Shown here piece by piece: positions 22,722-35,972 of a stretch of DNA of 38,252 bases. Numbering within the stretch: position 1 is the stretch's first letter; each line of letters starts with the position of its first letter. The translations under genes and the position numbers were made by a program. Location: NCBI RefSeq assembly GCF_001194135.2, contig NC_068997.1, forward strand, positions 40,552,791-40,591,042. Reading direction: 5' to 3'. The DNA comes from Octopus bimaculoides (lineage: Eukaryota). The notes under the pieces were generated by a model, which had not been told where the DNA came from, did not search any database, and worked only from the letters and a program-made list of their open reading frames with translations.

Positions 22722-23112
22722 CGTTTAGCCGATATCAGCTCTGATTATGCAAATTATGATCAAAACCATTTCAGTCGTGACTATCTCGTCTTTTCTCTGA
22801 CGGTCTTTCTAATAGAATTGAAGTAGATTAATTAAAAATGAATGAATCAATATCACTAGGTGATAGATAACTTCATCTATCACCTAGTGGTAGAAGATGA
22901 ATTTGTGTACAGGGAAAATAAGGTTTTTCCTGCGTATCAACTATTAGCAACCTAAGACAAGCAAACATGAAGGACTCTGCGAAGTCAAATCACATCCTAC
23001 AGTCTCGAAAACGCACAATGGATTACGTGCTCCTAGCTTTTCTGCACATATGATGGGATGGTCACGGCTGAAATGTTTTGTTCTTTACAGTAATGGTCTG
23101 ACTGGTTAAACC
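22722..23112. mobile_element. Inverted pair of fragments of an unclassified dispersed repeat (related pieces near 3930-4090, 12435-12497, 14178-14247)
   Basis: The reverse complement of 22722-22790 (gacgagatagtcacgactgaaatgg..ggctaaacg) aligns with 23052-23112 (gatgggatggtcacggctgaaatg..ggttaaacc). Confidence 0.5.
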
Positions 23113-23651
23113 GGAGTGCGCCAATATATTATGGTAAGGCACAACATGTTACAGTAATCATATCCTGTTTTCTCATCTGTATTTCATTGAAGAAGTATCG
23201 TTCACCGAAACGTAGAACACGTCTTAGTTTTTGTTTCTTGCACTTAGCATTAAACTAACATAAATTGCAAGTTCTCGCCTTTTTTTACGGAGTGAAGTCT
23301 TACTATTAACTTTGCAGTAGAATATTTTTATTATGCTGTCGCAAAAGTGGGCCTTCTGACTCTCAGATTATCATGTTCGGATTACACAGGCTGCAGGGCT
23401 ATATACATAATATATATAGTTAATGCAGAAAATATCTTATGCTAACTAGAAATATTTCTGTTGTGCAAAATACATGTGAATTAATGACAAATATTAAGTT
23501 CTTTGAGCATATTTCCACCTTATTAAACATCCATACATTCACGTACGGACGCACGCACAGACATGTATGTACAAATCTGTGTGTGTGTATATATATTTGA
23601 TATGTATAGATGCGTGTGTATGTATGCTCGGCTGCGCACGTGTACGTGTAA

Positions 23652-23706
<55 letters not shown>

Positions 23707-23900
23707 CATACATACATACATACATACATACTTACATACATACATATATGCATGCATGCATGCATGCATACATACATGCATACATACAAACATACATATA
23801 TACATACATAATACATACATACATAAATACATACATACATGCATGCATGCATAAATGCATACATACATACATACATACATACATGCATACACACATACAT
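23652..23900. repeat. (GATA)n-(CATA)n-(CATG)n tetranucleotide microsatellite
   Basis: Directly visible. Confidence 0.97.
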
Positions 23901-24189
23901 AATGGCGCCGTGAACATGAGATGTGCAGGCATAGAAGACTGTTTAAATTTTCTTTTTCAACGTTTTCTTCTACATTTATTCCGACTCCTCCAGCTTAAAT
24001 TAGTAACTGTTTTGTTTATCCAATTATAAATAAGTGAAGCACATTTACCAACGGATTGTAAAAATGTACCTACATGCCACGTGGAATTTTGCTAAGATGA
24101 TCATGGCTAAAATTAAGAGCAACACCACCGACGAAAACAGCACCAGTAAGCTATATCTAAACCAAGATCTACTCTCGTGGTATAAAAAA

Positions 24190-24480
24190 TCCGCTAAGAC
24201 CCTTCTATCAGATGTATGAAGTGGTTAAAACATACTGGGACGAAGATCATCCACAGCTTTGCTGTGAAATAGCCTCGGCGACATGCGTCTTTCTTTTTTA
24301 AGAAATGGTTTGTTCTCATGGTGTAAATCGATCTTCTCAAAACACTGAAAAAATGGCCAAAATCTGCCAGAAGTGGAATCGAAAATAATGTAAACAAACA
24401 GCTGCTGTCATTACTAAATTCTCGTGTCTCTCCAAATATAACTGAGTTAACAATGACAACTGTGAAATATATTCAACCTT
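24190..24480 (+). mobile_element. Possible hAT (Charlie/Buster-like) transposase C-terminal relic
   Basis: One frame gives YWDEDHPQLCCEIAS...KSARSGIENNVNKQLLSLLNSRVSPNITEL..KYIQP*, loosely like hAT dimerisation-domain ends. No TIRs or TSD seen. Confidence 0.3.
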
Positions 24481-25147
24481 AAAAAATCTTGATACCACAG
24501 TTCGTAGAAAACTTTTCTACTTTTTCAAAATTATCGTTAAGCGACAGGCCATTCTAAACAAGATCAAGAGAAAAATCCAACAGCTCTAATTTCGTGCCAT
24601 CATGGGTAAGATTGTTCATTTTGGTGGTGTCCACTGCAAAAAAACGCTGGGATAAATGAGCGAAAGTAAGGACGGTGAGGAAAACATAAAGAAGTTAAAA
24701 ATGACGACAGAATGGAACAGAAGACGAATGGAGAACGACACAGTTGGTTTATGCATAAATGTATGCATACATATTAAGGTCTTTCGGCTATGAGACGGCG
24801 TGTAGACATGTGTAGAAGCAAGACTAATGGGAAAATGTCCTATATGACTTGAAAAGGAAAGCAGAGAGAGAGAGAGAGAAAGATAGAAAGAAGAGTGAAA
24901 GAATGGAAGAAATGGATCAGATAGAATGAAAGGTGGGAAAATAAGACGAACTCGGGGCTGAGAGTGAATACTAAGGTGAGAGCCCAAGAGAACATGCTTG
25001 AACCAGTCAGCGGTCAGGCAGATGGGTGAAATGAAAAACAGGGTGGTGTCTTGGTGTCAAAAGGGAGTGAGAGAGACGAAACGGGTAAGGAAAGGCAAAG
25101 AGTGGGGTGAGGAAATGGTCGTGCAGAGGAGGAAGAGTAAGGGAGAC

Positions 25148-25530
25148 AAATTTCCGCCGTGGTCCACTTTGTTTTAATATGTCAGGGTCGATAAAATAAG
25201 TATCAGTCAGGTACTGGAGTCCATGTAATCGACTTACCCCTACTTCTATATTGCTGGCCTTGTGCCAAAATTTGAAACCATTATTATCATTATTATTATC
25301 ATCAATACTGTTACCACTACTCTTATCATTTTCTTTATTCGACTACCTTTAACATTAGTTTCATATCTTGGCAGAAGGCCAGCAAGTTCGTGGGGAGACG
25401 GTGTATCGATTACATCGACACCACTGAACAAAGTCGACCTCGATAGAATTTGAACTCAGAACATAAAGATGGACGAAATGCCGCTAAGCATTTTCCCTGA
25501 CGTGCTAACGATTCTAGCCTATTCGCCGCT
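25148..25530. mobile_element. Two Meta-like SINE fragments in inverted orientation (25148-25285 +, 25358-25530 -)
   Basis: gtcgataaaataagta...gccttgtgccaaaatttgaaacc on +; head and tail with the core deleted on -. Confidence 0.8.
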
Positions 25531-25859
25531 TTCTGATTACCATTTATATTGCTACCTTCATTACTAACCTTGAAAATGATTTATAATAATCATCATCATC
25601 GCTTGTTTATCTATTTCTTCTTACCTTCATTACAACCATTATTCTCAATATATTTTATTTACTTAATATTATTACTTATTCTCTTCTCCTGCCGTATCCA
25701 CTTTTCATCTTTCTTTTCTTTTTTCTTTTTTTTTTTGTAGTGAGGTCTGGTACTTTTGATTTCTGTTTAATTTTGCTCATTTTCTTCGTTTTTATCACTA
25801 TTTTGCATTTACATTTCTTATAATTTTTATATTTTTTATAATTTAATTTTTTTTTTTTC

Positions 25860-26060
25860 TCAATTCCTTCAACACTTTTTCAACGTTTTCAATATTTTTC
25901 AACATTTTTTCAATACTTCTCTTCAATGTTTTCAACCTATATTTCATTTTTTTCAATATCTTTCAATATTTTTTCAATATTTCTTTCATATTTTTTTAAA
26001 ACCATTTCTTCAATATTTTGAATATTCTCACCAACATTCCCAAAGTTTTTCAACTTTGTA
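25860..26060. repeat. Degenerate ~10-12-bp (TTTTCAA-based) low-complexity repeat
   Basis: ttttcaa/tttcaat recurs about 12 times. Confidence 0.75.
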
Positions 26061-26264
26061 TTTTTTATCATCCTTTTAATTATCTCATTGATTTTATTTC
26101 ACTTTTTATCTATACTTCTTTATCTTATCTACCACTATTACTGCCATTACCATCAACCACTCCAAATTTACTTTTGATTTACTGATTATTCCTCAAAATC
26201 GTTACCCCCGTTAAGATTCTTTATTCAACCTATTTACTTTACCTTCTATATCGTAATTTTTCTT

Positions 26265-26445
26265 GGAGTGGCTGTGTGGTAAGAAGCTTGCTTTACAACC
26301 ACATGGTCTTGGGTTCAGTCCCACTGTGTGGAACCTTGGGCGGATGTCTTCTACTATAGCCTCGGCTTGACCAAAGCTTTGTGAATGAATTTGGTCGATG
26401 GAAACTGAAAGAAGCCCGCCATGTGTGTGTGTGAGAGAGAGAGAG
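26265..26445 (+). mobile_element. CORE-like SINE, truncated at its internal microsatellite
   Basis: GGAGTGGCTGTGTGGTAAG head through GAAAGAAGCCCGCC, then (TG)n(AG)n; no 3' half. Confidence 0.85.
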
Positions 26446-26879
26446 TAAAACCCATCATTTCTTTACTCGTGACTTACTTGGAAATCCTGTGCATTAATAA
26501 GCAAACCTCGGAGTAGCAAGAGACTGAGTCGACCAAAAACAATAAATAACTTTAATCTCTACTACATTTTCTTCCGGCCATCAACACTAAAAGGATATAT
26601 ATATATATATATATTGTGTATGTGTTCAGCTAAATATATGACCACTACTGTAAGAGTTAAATATCAGTATGTAGTTCTCAGTGTAACTAATTTTGATAAA
26701 CAGAGCGTACAGAGTGATGAAGATAAAAGCAAGTATAACTTGTTAATTCGTACGTTTCTCGATTGTAATACTTGGAAACTCAGCATTGGATGTTCCAAGT
26801 ACCATTTGGATGCCTAACCGCAATGGATCATCAAAGGAAGATGTTCTTGCATTTTGCTACGGAAATCTAATCTATATAT

Positions 26880-27455
26880 TCTTTACTCTCTTTTACTCCT
26901 TTACTTGCTTCAGTCATTTGACTGTGGCCATGCTGGAGCACCACGTTTAGTCGAGCAAATCGATCCCAGGACTCATTTTTTTAAAGCCTAGTACTTATTC
27001 TATCGATCTCTTTTGCCGAACCGCTGGGTTACGGGGACGTAAACACACCACCATCGGTTGTCAAGCGATGTTCAGGGGGACAAACACAGACACACAAACA
27101 CACACACACACACACTCACACACACACACACACACACACACACNNNNNNNNNNNNNNNNNNNNNNNNNNNNNNNNNNNNNNNNNNNNNNNNNNNNNNNNN
27201 NNNNNNNNNNNNNNNNNNNNNNNNNNNNNNNNNNNNNNNNNNNNNNNNNNNNNNNNNNNNNNNNNNNNNNNNNNNNNNNNNNNNNNNNNNNNNNNNNNNN
27301 NNNNNNNNNNNNNNNNNNNNNNNNNNNNNNNNNNNNNNNNNNNNNNNNNNNNTATATATATATATATATATATATATATGCATATATACGACGGGCTTCT
27401 TTCAGTTTCTGTCTACCAAATCCACTCACAAGTCTTCGGTAGGCCCAATGCTATA
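26880..27455 (-). mobile_element. CORE-like SINE (head missing), with a gap inside its internal microsatellite
   Basis: Closely matches 14576-14890; GAGTAAAA-type tail. Confidence 0.85.
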
Positions 27456-27764
27456 GTATATATACATATATAAGTAATAATAAATCTCTGAGCGAGGTAT
27501 AAACAGTAGAAGCACGACATCGTGAAGTATATTTGCCACCTAAATGTGGCTAACCCTTAAGGGTCAATGCTCCTATAGCTTGTAACCTCAGGAAGACATC
27601 TCCTTCAGCTGGCTATTGACACACTATCTGTGCCCTGTCAGTATTTGTAAAGGGAAGTCATCATTCCCATCTCCAGCTTGACGTGATACACACGGACTCG
27701 AATTTCTGGGTATTGACCCGTCACTAACGTGTGACAACCACCGGTTAGCGATATATAGATGGTG

Positions 27765-28078
27765 AAGGTGTGTGGGTTTGTGGTTAATGTATTCGACTCA
27801 CGGTCAGAAGGTCGAGAATTCAATTCCCGGCGATGTATTGGATCCTTGAGCAAGTTATTTTATTTCATGTTGCTGCAGTCTACTCTACCGGAAAAAATGA
27901 CTAGTATCTGTATTTCAAAGGGCCACACGTTACATTCTCTGTCATGCTGAATCTCCCTCAGAACTATGTTAATGATACACGTGTCAGTGGAATACTCAGT
28001 CCCTTGCATATTTATTTCACGAGCAGGTTGTTCCGTTGATAGGATCAACAGAACCCCCGCCATCGTAAGCAATCGCAT
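27765..28078 (+). mobile_element. Diverged tRNA SINE sharing the 3' half of the 20700 family but with a different 5' body
   Basis: tttcaaaggg..gctgaatctccc..agaactatgttaa..ttccgttgataggatcaac matches 20908-21050; the upstream ccttgagcaagtt body is CORE-like. Confidence 0.7.
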
Positions 28079-28200
28079 GCTATATATATATATACATATA
28101 TATAAACGTTAAAGACTTTCTCAATTCCCGAGTGCTATACTAATGCATCTATTTGTTTTCAACACCACCTGTCTTCGTCTGTTGTCTTTTTGTGAATTCT

Positions 28201-28245
<45 letters not shown>

Positions 28246-29626
28246 GTTATGTGTGTGCGTGTGAGCATGCGTAAGTGTGTGTGTATCGAGAAAGAGAGAG
28301 AGAGAGAGAGAGAGCATGCCTTGATGATTCACTTGCCATCTGCACTCCCAAAGGTACTGACAGTGTTTTTGCTCTGACCCTGGGGGATCCTTTTGTTTAA
28401 TGCAGTGACCAACCAAGTAACTCATATCAGCCCTTCGCAAGGATTATCATCACCTCAGTGATGCTGCTCCTGTCACATTTCGAAAAACAACAGACACAGC
28501 CAATATTTTGGATGGCAAATGGATAGATTCTGGTGAATTATCCAATGTGAATCAATACTCATTTCAAACTGTCCCTCGTGGGTCTTGATTTCACAGTCAG
28601 ATTAAATCCATTCAGATATGACTGTATTTATCAGAAGGCTGTATATTTCTCGGTATTTGCAGTTCAACAACAAACCGGAGAAAATTATTGTGGTTAACAC
28701 AACAAGAGATTTGTACAAGCTTGTTCTTCAACCTGAATTTTCTTATAAATATACTTATTGCATTATTCAACTGAATTATTTATTCGTTTGAATAATATTA
28801 TATTACACACTTATTGAATTATAGAATTCTTAGGCTTTTATTGATTTCTGTGAAAACGGTCAGCTGAGAACAGGAGAAATAAAATTTCATGAGAAGGAAC
28901 TAGATATTTGAAGATGTTGCCTTCATTTACTGTTAAGTGTGCCAATCAGTTGTGTTTTTAATATTTATGGACAATATAACTGTTCCGGTGTTGTATCATT
29001 TGAAGATTTGAAATCCTAAACCGGTAAGAAAATGGAGGAATATTGCTGAGAGAAAGCTGGTGTTGCACCTACTTACTGTATTGACAAAGATCAACGAAGC
29101 TACCTACAATATTACAATTGTTATGCAGATAGCTACATAGGGATGTAGAAGATAAAGATTAACCGGTTCTCCTTCAAACAAGGAAGAACATGATATCTGA
29201 GAAAACTGATATAGTCAATTGTGGAAAAGGCACAAATAATTATTTACAACCAAAACTATAAATGAAGCGTCTAGTAACTAACAGTGCGGTATTTTTGCTG
29301 GGTGTTTATAAATTTATATTCACTCAATGGTGTCCTGCAATGGCGAGGTGGGGATTACTGTATGAACCAAATTAAATAACAAATGGTAACTGCGTAAAGT
29401 TGCGTACATAGTGTAAAATATGTTAACGGTGATATATGTTAATAGAATACTGGAATAGGAATCTAGAGATATTGTTGGAAGTTTATTGGAATGGCTGAAA
29501 TGAGATCAATGAAAGCACTTCAGCGTTCTATGGCAATGGTTATAGTAAGTTTTATAGGACAGAGCGATTCTTAAGTATTGTTCATGCGGCCACTAACGTG
29601 GTTAAGTTACAAGGAACAGTTCATAC

Positions 29627-29633
29627 ATATATA

Positions 29634-29703
<70 letters not shown>
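29627..29703. repeat. (TA)n(CA)n microsatellite running into a gap
   Basis: Directly visible. Confidence 0.95.
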
Positions 29704-30769
29704 NNNNNNNNNNNNNNNNNNNNNNNNNNNNNNNNNNNNNNNNNNNNNNNNNNNNNNNNNNNNNNNNNNNNNNNNNNNNNNNNNNNNNNNNNNNNNNNNN
29801 NNNNNNNNNNNNNNNNNNNNNNNNNNNNNNNNNNNNNNNNNNNNNNNNNNNNNNNNNNNNNNNNNNNNNNNNNNNNNNNNNNNNNNNNNNNNNNNNNNNN
29901 NNNNNNNNNNNNNNNNNNNNNNNNNNNNNNNNNNNNNNNNNNNNNNNNNNNNNNNNNNNNNNNNNNNNNNNNNNNNNNNNNNNNNNNNNNNNNNNNNNNN
30001 NNNNNNNNNNNNNNNNNNNNNNNNNNNNNNNNNNNNNNNNNNNNNNNNNNNNNNNNNNNNNNNNNNNNNNNNNNNNNNNNNNNNNNNNNNNNNNNNNNNN
30101 NNNNNNNNNNNNNNNNNNNNNNNNNNNNNNNNNNNNNNNNNNNNNNNNNNNNNNNNNNNNNNNNNNNNNNNNNNNNNATATATATATCTGTTTTCTTTAC
30201 GACAAATATTGTGTTACTATGGTATCCAGCCCTATGAGATTTTTACTAGGCATACAGATAGCAATGTCTACTTTATATCCCGGTAAAAGTACTCAGATTT
30301 TAACATATGAGCTCTAAATCCAAATATCATAATACGGACGGACTGTGTTATAACTAGAAACAGCCGAAATTAATCAAAACTGCAGTCTTCGGTCAAGTGG
30401 AAAAACTGAGTTGCAATGTACCTGTAAATACCAAACCAAAACAAAACACAGCACGTAGCGAAAGTATACAGATCTGTGCTCAGTTATTTAGTGAAAGAAT
30501 ATAATAGAATTAAGACTATCGAACTATGGTAATAAAATAAATCTCTCACGAAAAGAAAACGCAAGGAAAACATGAATAAAAACAGCAGAAATAAAAAGCA
30601 AATAGATAACAAAGGTTCACTTGGCAGATACCAGACAATGTAGATGGCAAAGCAACAAAATCAGGATGTAAAGAATCTACGGAATAGGAAACACCAAAAA
30701 TTAAACAAAATGTGAATAAAAGGGAATATGAGAATAGTTTAAGAATAGAAAAATTTTAATATAGAAGAA

Positions 30770-33107
30770 TATGATAATAATGACTAGATTAGAAATTGCT
30801 AAAGAATTAAAATCAGTACATCTTTGGATCTTTGAAAGTTCTTCAGGTGAACAACCGAAAATATTCCCGAGGATAAAACTCAACGATGAGATATCAACAA
30901 GAGTAAATAAGGCAAACTTAGCCATCAGGAATTTAATGAAAGCAGATTTGATCAACACTCACCAGGTTAAATGAAATAATATATACATAAGTCAAAAGAA
31001 AGAGGACAATTTGGGGGACATAAGAATATAAGAAAGGATATATATATCATACAAGGGTATAAAAAAACCCAAGCAGAAATCATGGAAGACAATCATAATA
31101 AAAACTAGAGAAAATCCCTCAATTTTATCAAAAATTAACATCGAAGACAAAACGAAAAATGAAAAGAAAGACACGAACATAATGCAAAGAAAGAACATAA
31201 AAAAGAAGAACCCGGAATGGAAAAAGAAAAACACTTTTGACAAAAGATCCTCGATGAATCGCAAAGAATTGGCGGTGTAAAAAGTGACAACGATTTCTTA
31301 AACCTAGCAAGCAGTTCGATTTCAACCTAAAACGGTGTTATCAAGAACAAAAATAAGGTAGAAATCAATACAGCGCCAAGACAAAAGAGAAGCAGAAGAA
31401 CTATGGAGTTGAATCTTCAAAAGGACGGATACGTGGAGACCATATCTAACAAACATTACTTTACAGAATATGAAGGAAAATCTCAAGGTACCAGGAATGC
31501 TAATATCCTGAACATATGCTTAAAATATTCAACAGAGAGACATGGGTAGCAGTAAGAGATACTCAGGGAACCAGAGACAACATCTAACTAAATCGCTGAG
31601 TGAAAACCACCTGCAGACACATACCTTGTCTTCCGACAACTTGCAATCCTTAAGTGCAATAATATTGCAGAATATAAAACATCTGAAGTGCAAAGGCTCA
31701 GAACAAGGTATGATTTGGCTAACAGAAGGATTTTGATCATGTTCCACACACGTGGATCGTAGAAACAGTAGCTACGAGTAGGCTTCACCAACATTAAGCA
31801 GATATATTAAATAACCCATGAGTAAATGGCTAATAATTCTGTAGATTGAGACAATAGCGGAAGTTATAAAAATTAGCCTTGTCTCTATTAAAGGAGGTAA
31901 CCCCTCAAGAGATCCCCACTCGACTCGCTTTCTACTCAGCGTTAGCGAATTTGTTGTTGGCACTCCGTCGCTTACTACGTCGAGGGTTCCAGTTGATCCG
32001 ATCAACAGAACAGCCTGCTCGTGAAATTAACGTGCAAGTGGCTGAGCACTCCACAGACACGTGTACCCTTAACGTAGTTCTCGGGGATATTCAGCGTGAC
32101 ACAGTGTGACAAGGCTGACCCTTTGAATTACAGGCACAACAGAAACAGGAAGTAAGAGTGAGAGAAAGTCGTGGTGAAAGAATACAGCAGGGTTCGCCGT
32201 CATCCCCTGCCGGATCTTCGTGGAGTTTTAGGTGTCTTCGCTCAATAAACACTCACAACGCCCGGTCTGGGAATCGAAACCACGATCCTATGACAGCGAA
32301 TTCGCTGCCCTAACCATTGGGCCATTGCGCCTCCACGTTAGCAAATATAACCAACACATTAAACCAGATTTGACTTGCATACAAATGCTAAGTTAGTTTA
32401 ATTTGAAAATTGAAGACCTCATGAGGTATGCTGCAGATGAGAGAAAATATCTGCCTAGAAGAATTGAAATGAGTTTCGGTGAGAAAAGTATACCAAGATA
32501 ACCTAGAAGAGAGCAAATTTAATTAAGAACAATTAAGTCGCGTTAAATGATATAACGGGGATAAGACAATTAGACCTAAGACAGACTTAGAAATACTTAG
32601 GAATCAATTATTTAGACAACATTCAGAATAGAAAGAAATGAGAGGAAAGAAAGACTGTAAACACAGCAGATTGATTCTATAACTGCACTAGGTGTGCCAG
32701 TAATAATTTGTAGTTATATTTTTAACCAATCGCTAAAGGAATTAGCAAGGCTGAACAAAAGCCACAAAAACAATGGCTGCATTTTGAAGGTACTACTGAA
32801 GATCTGGCATAAATACAATTGTATATTTACCACGAATACGAGCTTTTATGCAGCTGGAAAAGTATATCCAGTGTAAGACTACAAATATATATGATAAAAA
32901 AAGATCATGGGAAATTAATACAAATAGCCACGAAATAGGAATAAACAAAACTATTTCCTGTCTTCAAGAAATCCTTCAAGTGCAAAACAGAGGCTAAAAT
33001 GAGTTATTAGGAAAGAGTTGAAAAAAGCAGTTGTACAGCTGACGTTGTAACAAAAAGGCTAAAGTCTATGATAAAAACGAAGCCACTGAATGTCATGATA
33101 AAGCAAT

Positions 33108-33138
<31 letters not shown>

Positions 33139-33964
33139 GAATAAGCTTCTGCGCGGTTAATACTTAGAAAAGCTAAACAGAGTAGAGATGAAAAAGTTGC
33201 AATATAGACTAAGAAATGAAAGACTAATGCTGAAACAGAAAGTTTCTTTATCTACTATAAAATCAAAGCTAAAAACTACCGAACACATACGATGAAGCGG
33301 CAGTTTATAGTAACTGCAGAATACGCAGACACGAGGAAGAAACAATTTCATTGTCTCTAACAACTCGACTTTAACCATGTAAAATAACGTCCACAAATAT
33401 AAGAGACGGAAATTACATAGACCAGAAGATCTGCAGCCATTATGAAATACCGGTAGTAAAGATGTAGGTATAGACTAAAAAAAAGTCTTGGAGAATGACA
33501 CGCGATCATACTTTATGATATGTCAATACACACATATAAATCAAAGCTAATCGACCAGATATAGTTGTTAAGGATCACTAAGGAAACAGATACTTCCTAA
33601 TCGATTTAGCTATCCAAACGGATGATAATACATCGCCAAAGAAATGGGAAATTAAGCAAATATAAAGGCGTAGAAATAGAGATAAACTGAATGTGGGACC
33701 TGAAAATTAAAAAAAACATATTATAAATGTGCCTTGGAAATGATAAAAATTAGGCAAGCATATACATAACCAAAACTTTCAGGACTAACAAACATGCATA
33801 ACATAAAACAAATATCACTGTAAGGTACTGCATACATATTACAAAGAACATTTTCAAAACAACAAAAATAACAAATCCAAAGTAAAACATTGTACGTATC
33901 GAAGGCACATAAAGATTCACTAAACAGTACAGTGGAAGCTTGTAATGATAATAATAATAATAAT
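30770..33964 (+). mobile_element. Near full-length, heavily degraded R4/Dong-like (RLE) non-LTR retrotransposon ending in (AAT)n
   Basis: Motifs in the expected order: KQFDFNLKRCYQE, EAEELWS*IF, TCLPTT..SAII, KDFDHVPHTWIVE, EDLMRYAADE, EMSFGEK, KYLGI, LGVPVII, VYLPR, ETESFL, KANRPDIVVKD..FLIDLAI, GTAYILQRTF. Start is approximate. Confidence 0.72.
31951..32336 (-). mobile_element. Full-length tRNA SINE (20700 family) inserted into the R4/Dong-like relic
   Basis: TSD cgttagcgaat (31940-31950) / cgttagcaaat (32336-32346); (CAA)n tail. Confidence 0.9.
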
Positions 33965-35861
33965 CGTTTCTTTATTGGCCACAAGGGCCAAACACAAAAC
34001 AAATATGGGCAATACAAAACGTAGGGTTTAACACGAAAATCGAGTAAACAATAAAATAACAATGTCAATAAGCAATACAATTAAACAATAAAATTCCCCA
34101 AAAGAGGGCAGTTCTTCACAGGGACAACCGAGAAACCTCACACATTCTGGTTATCCCGACCGACCGCCAGATACACATTAGTAGGCGCCTCTCTCTTTCT
34201 CAAACTCTCCGGTTTACAAACGAAAGTTCAATAGGCCCATGCATACGGGCCATCCTCGTCACACGCACCCAGCCACCTTTCAACAAATTTACTGGGTGCA
34301 GAACTTCCCTCTCTACTTTCACATTCCTTTTCAAGTGGAACTTGAAGAAGTCAATGAGAGTTTGGCCGAAGAGGAAACTATCTGTTTTCAGTCCTTTGCA
34401 TCTCGTCCACCACACTACCTCCTTCGCTATAGCCACCAGACAGAGAAAAACTGCATTTCCTTCCCAACCAAAGGAAGGCGGCGGAGCTATCTTCACGGTG
34501 GACGTGGCTGATAACTGGCTCCGTCCTACACGTGGTAACAGCGGTTCGACAAAGCTCCACAAGTCAGTAATGCACGGACACTAGACGAGTGCGTGCAGGA
34601 CGATTTCATCGCCCTGCACACACCTTGGATAGGTCTGACTGACAGCACTTCCGTGTCTGCAGAGCTTGTCTCGAACCGGCAGAGCTTCCCGGTAGCACTG
34701 CCAGGCCAGGGATTTCTGGAAGTTATCCATAGACCCCGGCCCGAAAGTCCTCTGGAAACGATCCCTCCCGACGCCCAGAGTTTCCCCGAGTATGTCGTCG
34801 CTCTTGCTCGCTACTAATCCCCTACAGAACTCCATAGTTTGATCCAGGAGTGTAGCTCTGTCAATGAGACGAGCTGCGGAAAATCCTGCTTGACAAACGG
34901 TGGCCACACCTGTTCACCGTGCCGGAGATGCTGCAGCCTCATCGTATTCTGTGCATCATTAGCCACGGCATGCCCATTCGCCTACTCGACGGCTGTTGAC
35001 AGCAGATGGGCCGTCTCACGAGTGGAACACAACCCTTCCACAGAAAGCGGAAGAACAAATGCTCCAGCTTGGTCAGCCATGAAGGGGACGACGATCAGGC
35101 GGTAGTAGATGGTGGAAGCAATGTACGCATTCGCCACCTCCAACCGATCTTTCAGAGACAGTTTCCTCTCTGTCCATTTCTGGATAAGATTGGCTACCTA
35201 GCTCGACACTTCCCCCCAGTTCTTGTCCACCTGGAAGTCCGAACAAAACCAGACCCCGAGCAATTTAACTGGTCCTTCTGTCCAACGCTATCGGTAGGCA
35301 TGGATCTGCCTCTCCAGGTGCCGAGCTGCAGGCCCGCCGACTTGTCCTGGTTAATTTTTGCTCCTGTCACCGCTTCATACTCTCTTAAAGTAAAGCCAAT
35401 CAATTCGATTTCCGAGCTGTCCGACTCTATTACACTATTGACTGATGCACGTTGATCAGAACCCCACCCATGCCAAGGTCCATCCCTACCCTCTCTATGA
35501 TGTAGTGCGTGAGGTGGAGGTTGTCGAGGAAAGATCTGTTCAGAATAGTGCATGTCTGCGCGTTACAGACCAGCTTACCGACGGCAAGCGCCAACCTCTT
35601 GGCTAACACATTGGCCAAAATCTTATAATCTGCGTTTAGTAGAGTTATAGGCCTAAAACTATCTAATTGGTCCCCCTTATTCGGGTCCTTTCTCAGCAGC
35701 ACCACCACGGTATCCCCCCGTTCTGCTGCCGGTTGTGGTAGACATCTGCTAAGAGATCACCGACATGATGATAAAGCTCGAAAGATAGGCCATCCAGCCC
35801 CGGAGACTTCTCTCTTGTGCAGGCCTTCATGGTGTCTCGTATGTCTTCGGCTGTTATTGGC
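33965..35861 (-). mobile_element. 5'-truncated L1/Tx1-clade LINE with internal deletions
   Basis: Minus strand: REKSPGLDGLSFELY, FRPITLLNADYKILANVLAKRL, EYEAVTGAKINQDKS, a degenerate CCHC region (YPRCVQGDEIVLHALV*CP), a 3' UTR with AATAAA (33971-33976), then (ATT)n. Confidence 0.88.
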
Positions 35862-35944
<83 letters not shown>

Positions 35945-35972
35945 TGATAATAGTAATAATAATAGTAATAAT
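35862..35972. repeat. (AAT)n microsatellite
   Basis: Directly visible. Confidence 0.98.

Noticed and set aside
46-30317. Many ORFs rich in CV, HT, YI, poly-S, poly-I, poly-N or X
   Set aside because: Translations of microsatellites and gaps; no coding evidence.
18761-32336. tRNA-like sequences (18761, 19456, 20700, 32270 and others)
   Set aside because: No acceptor-stem closure, and each continues into a repeat body; these are SINE heads, not tRNA genes.
34239-35455. Several + strand ORFs of 74-149 aa
   Set aside because: Antisense shadows of the Tx1 ORF2 relic.
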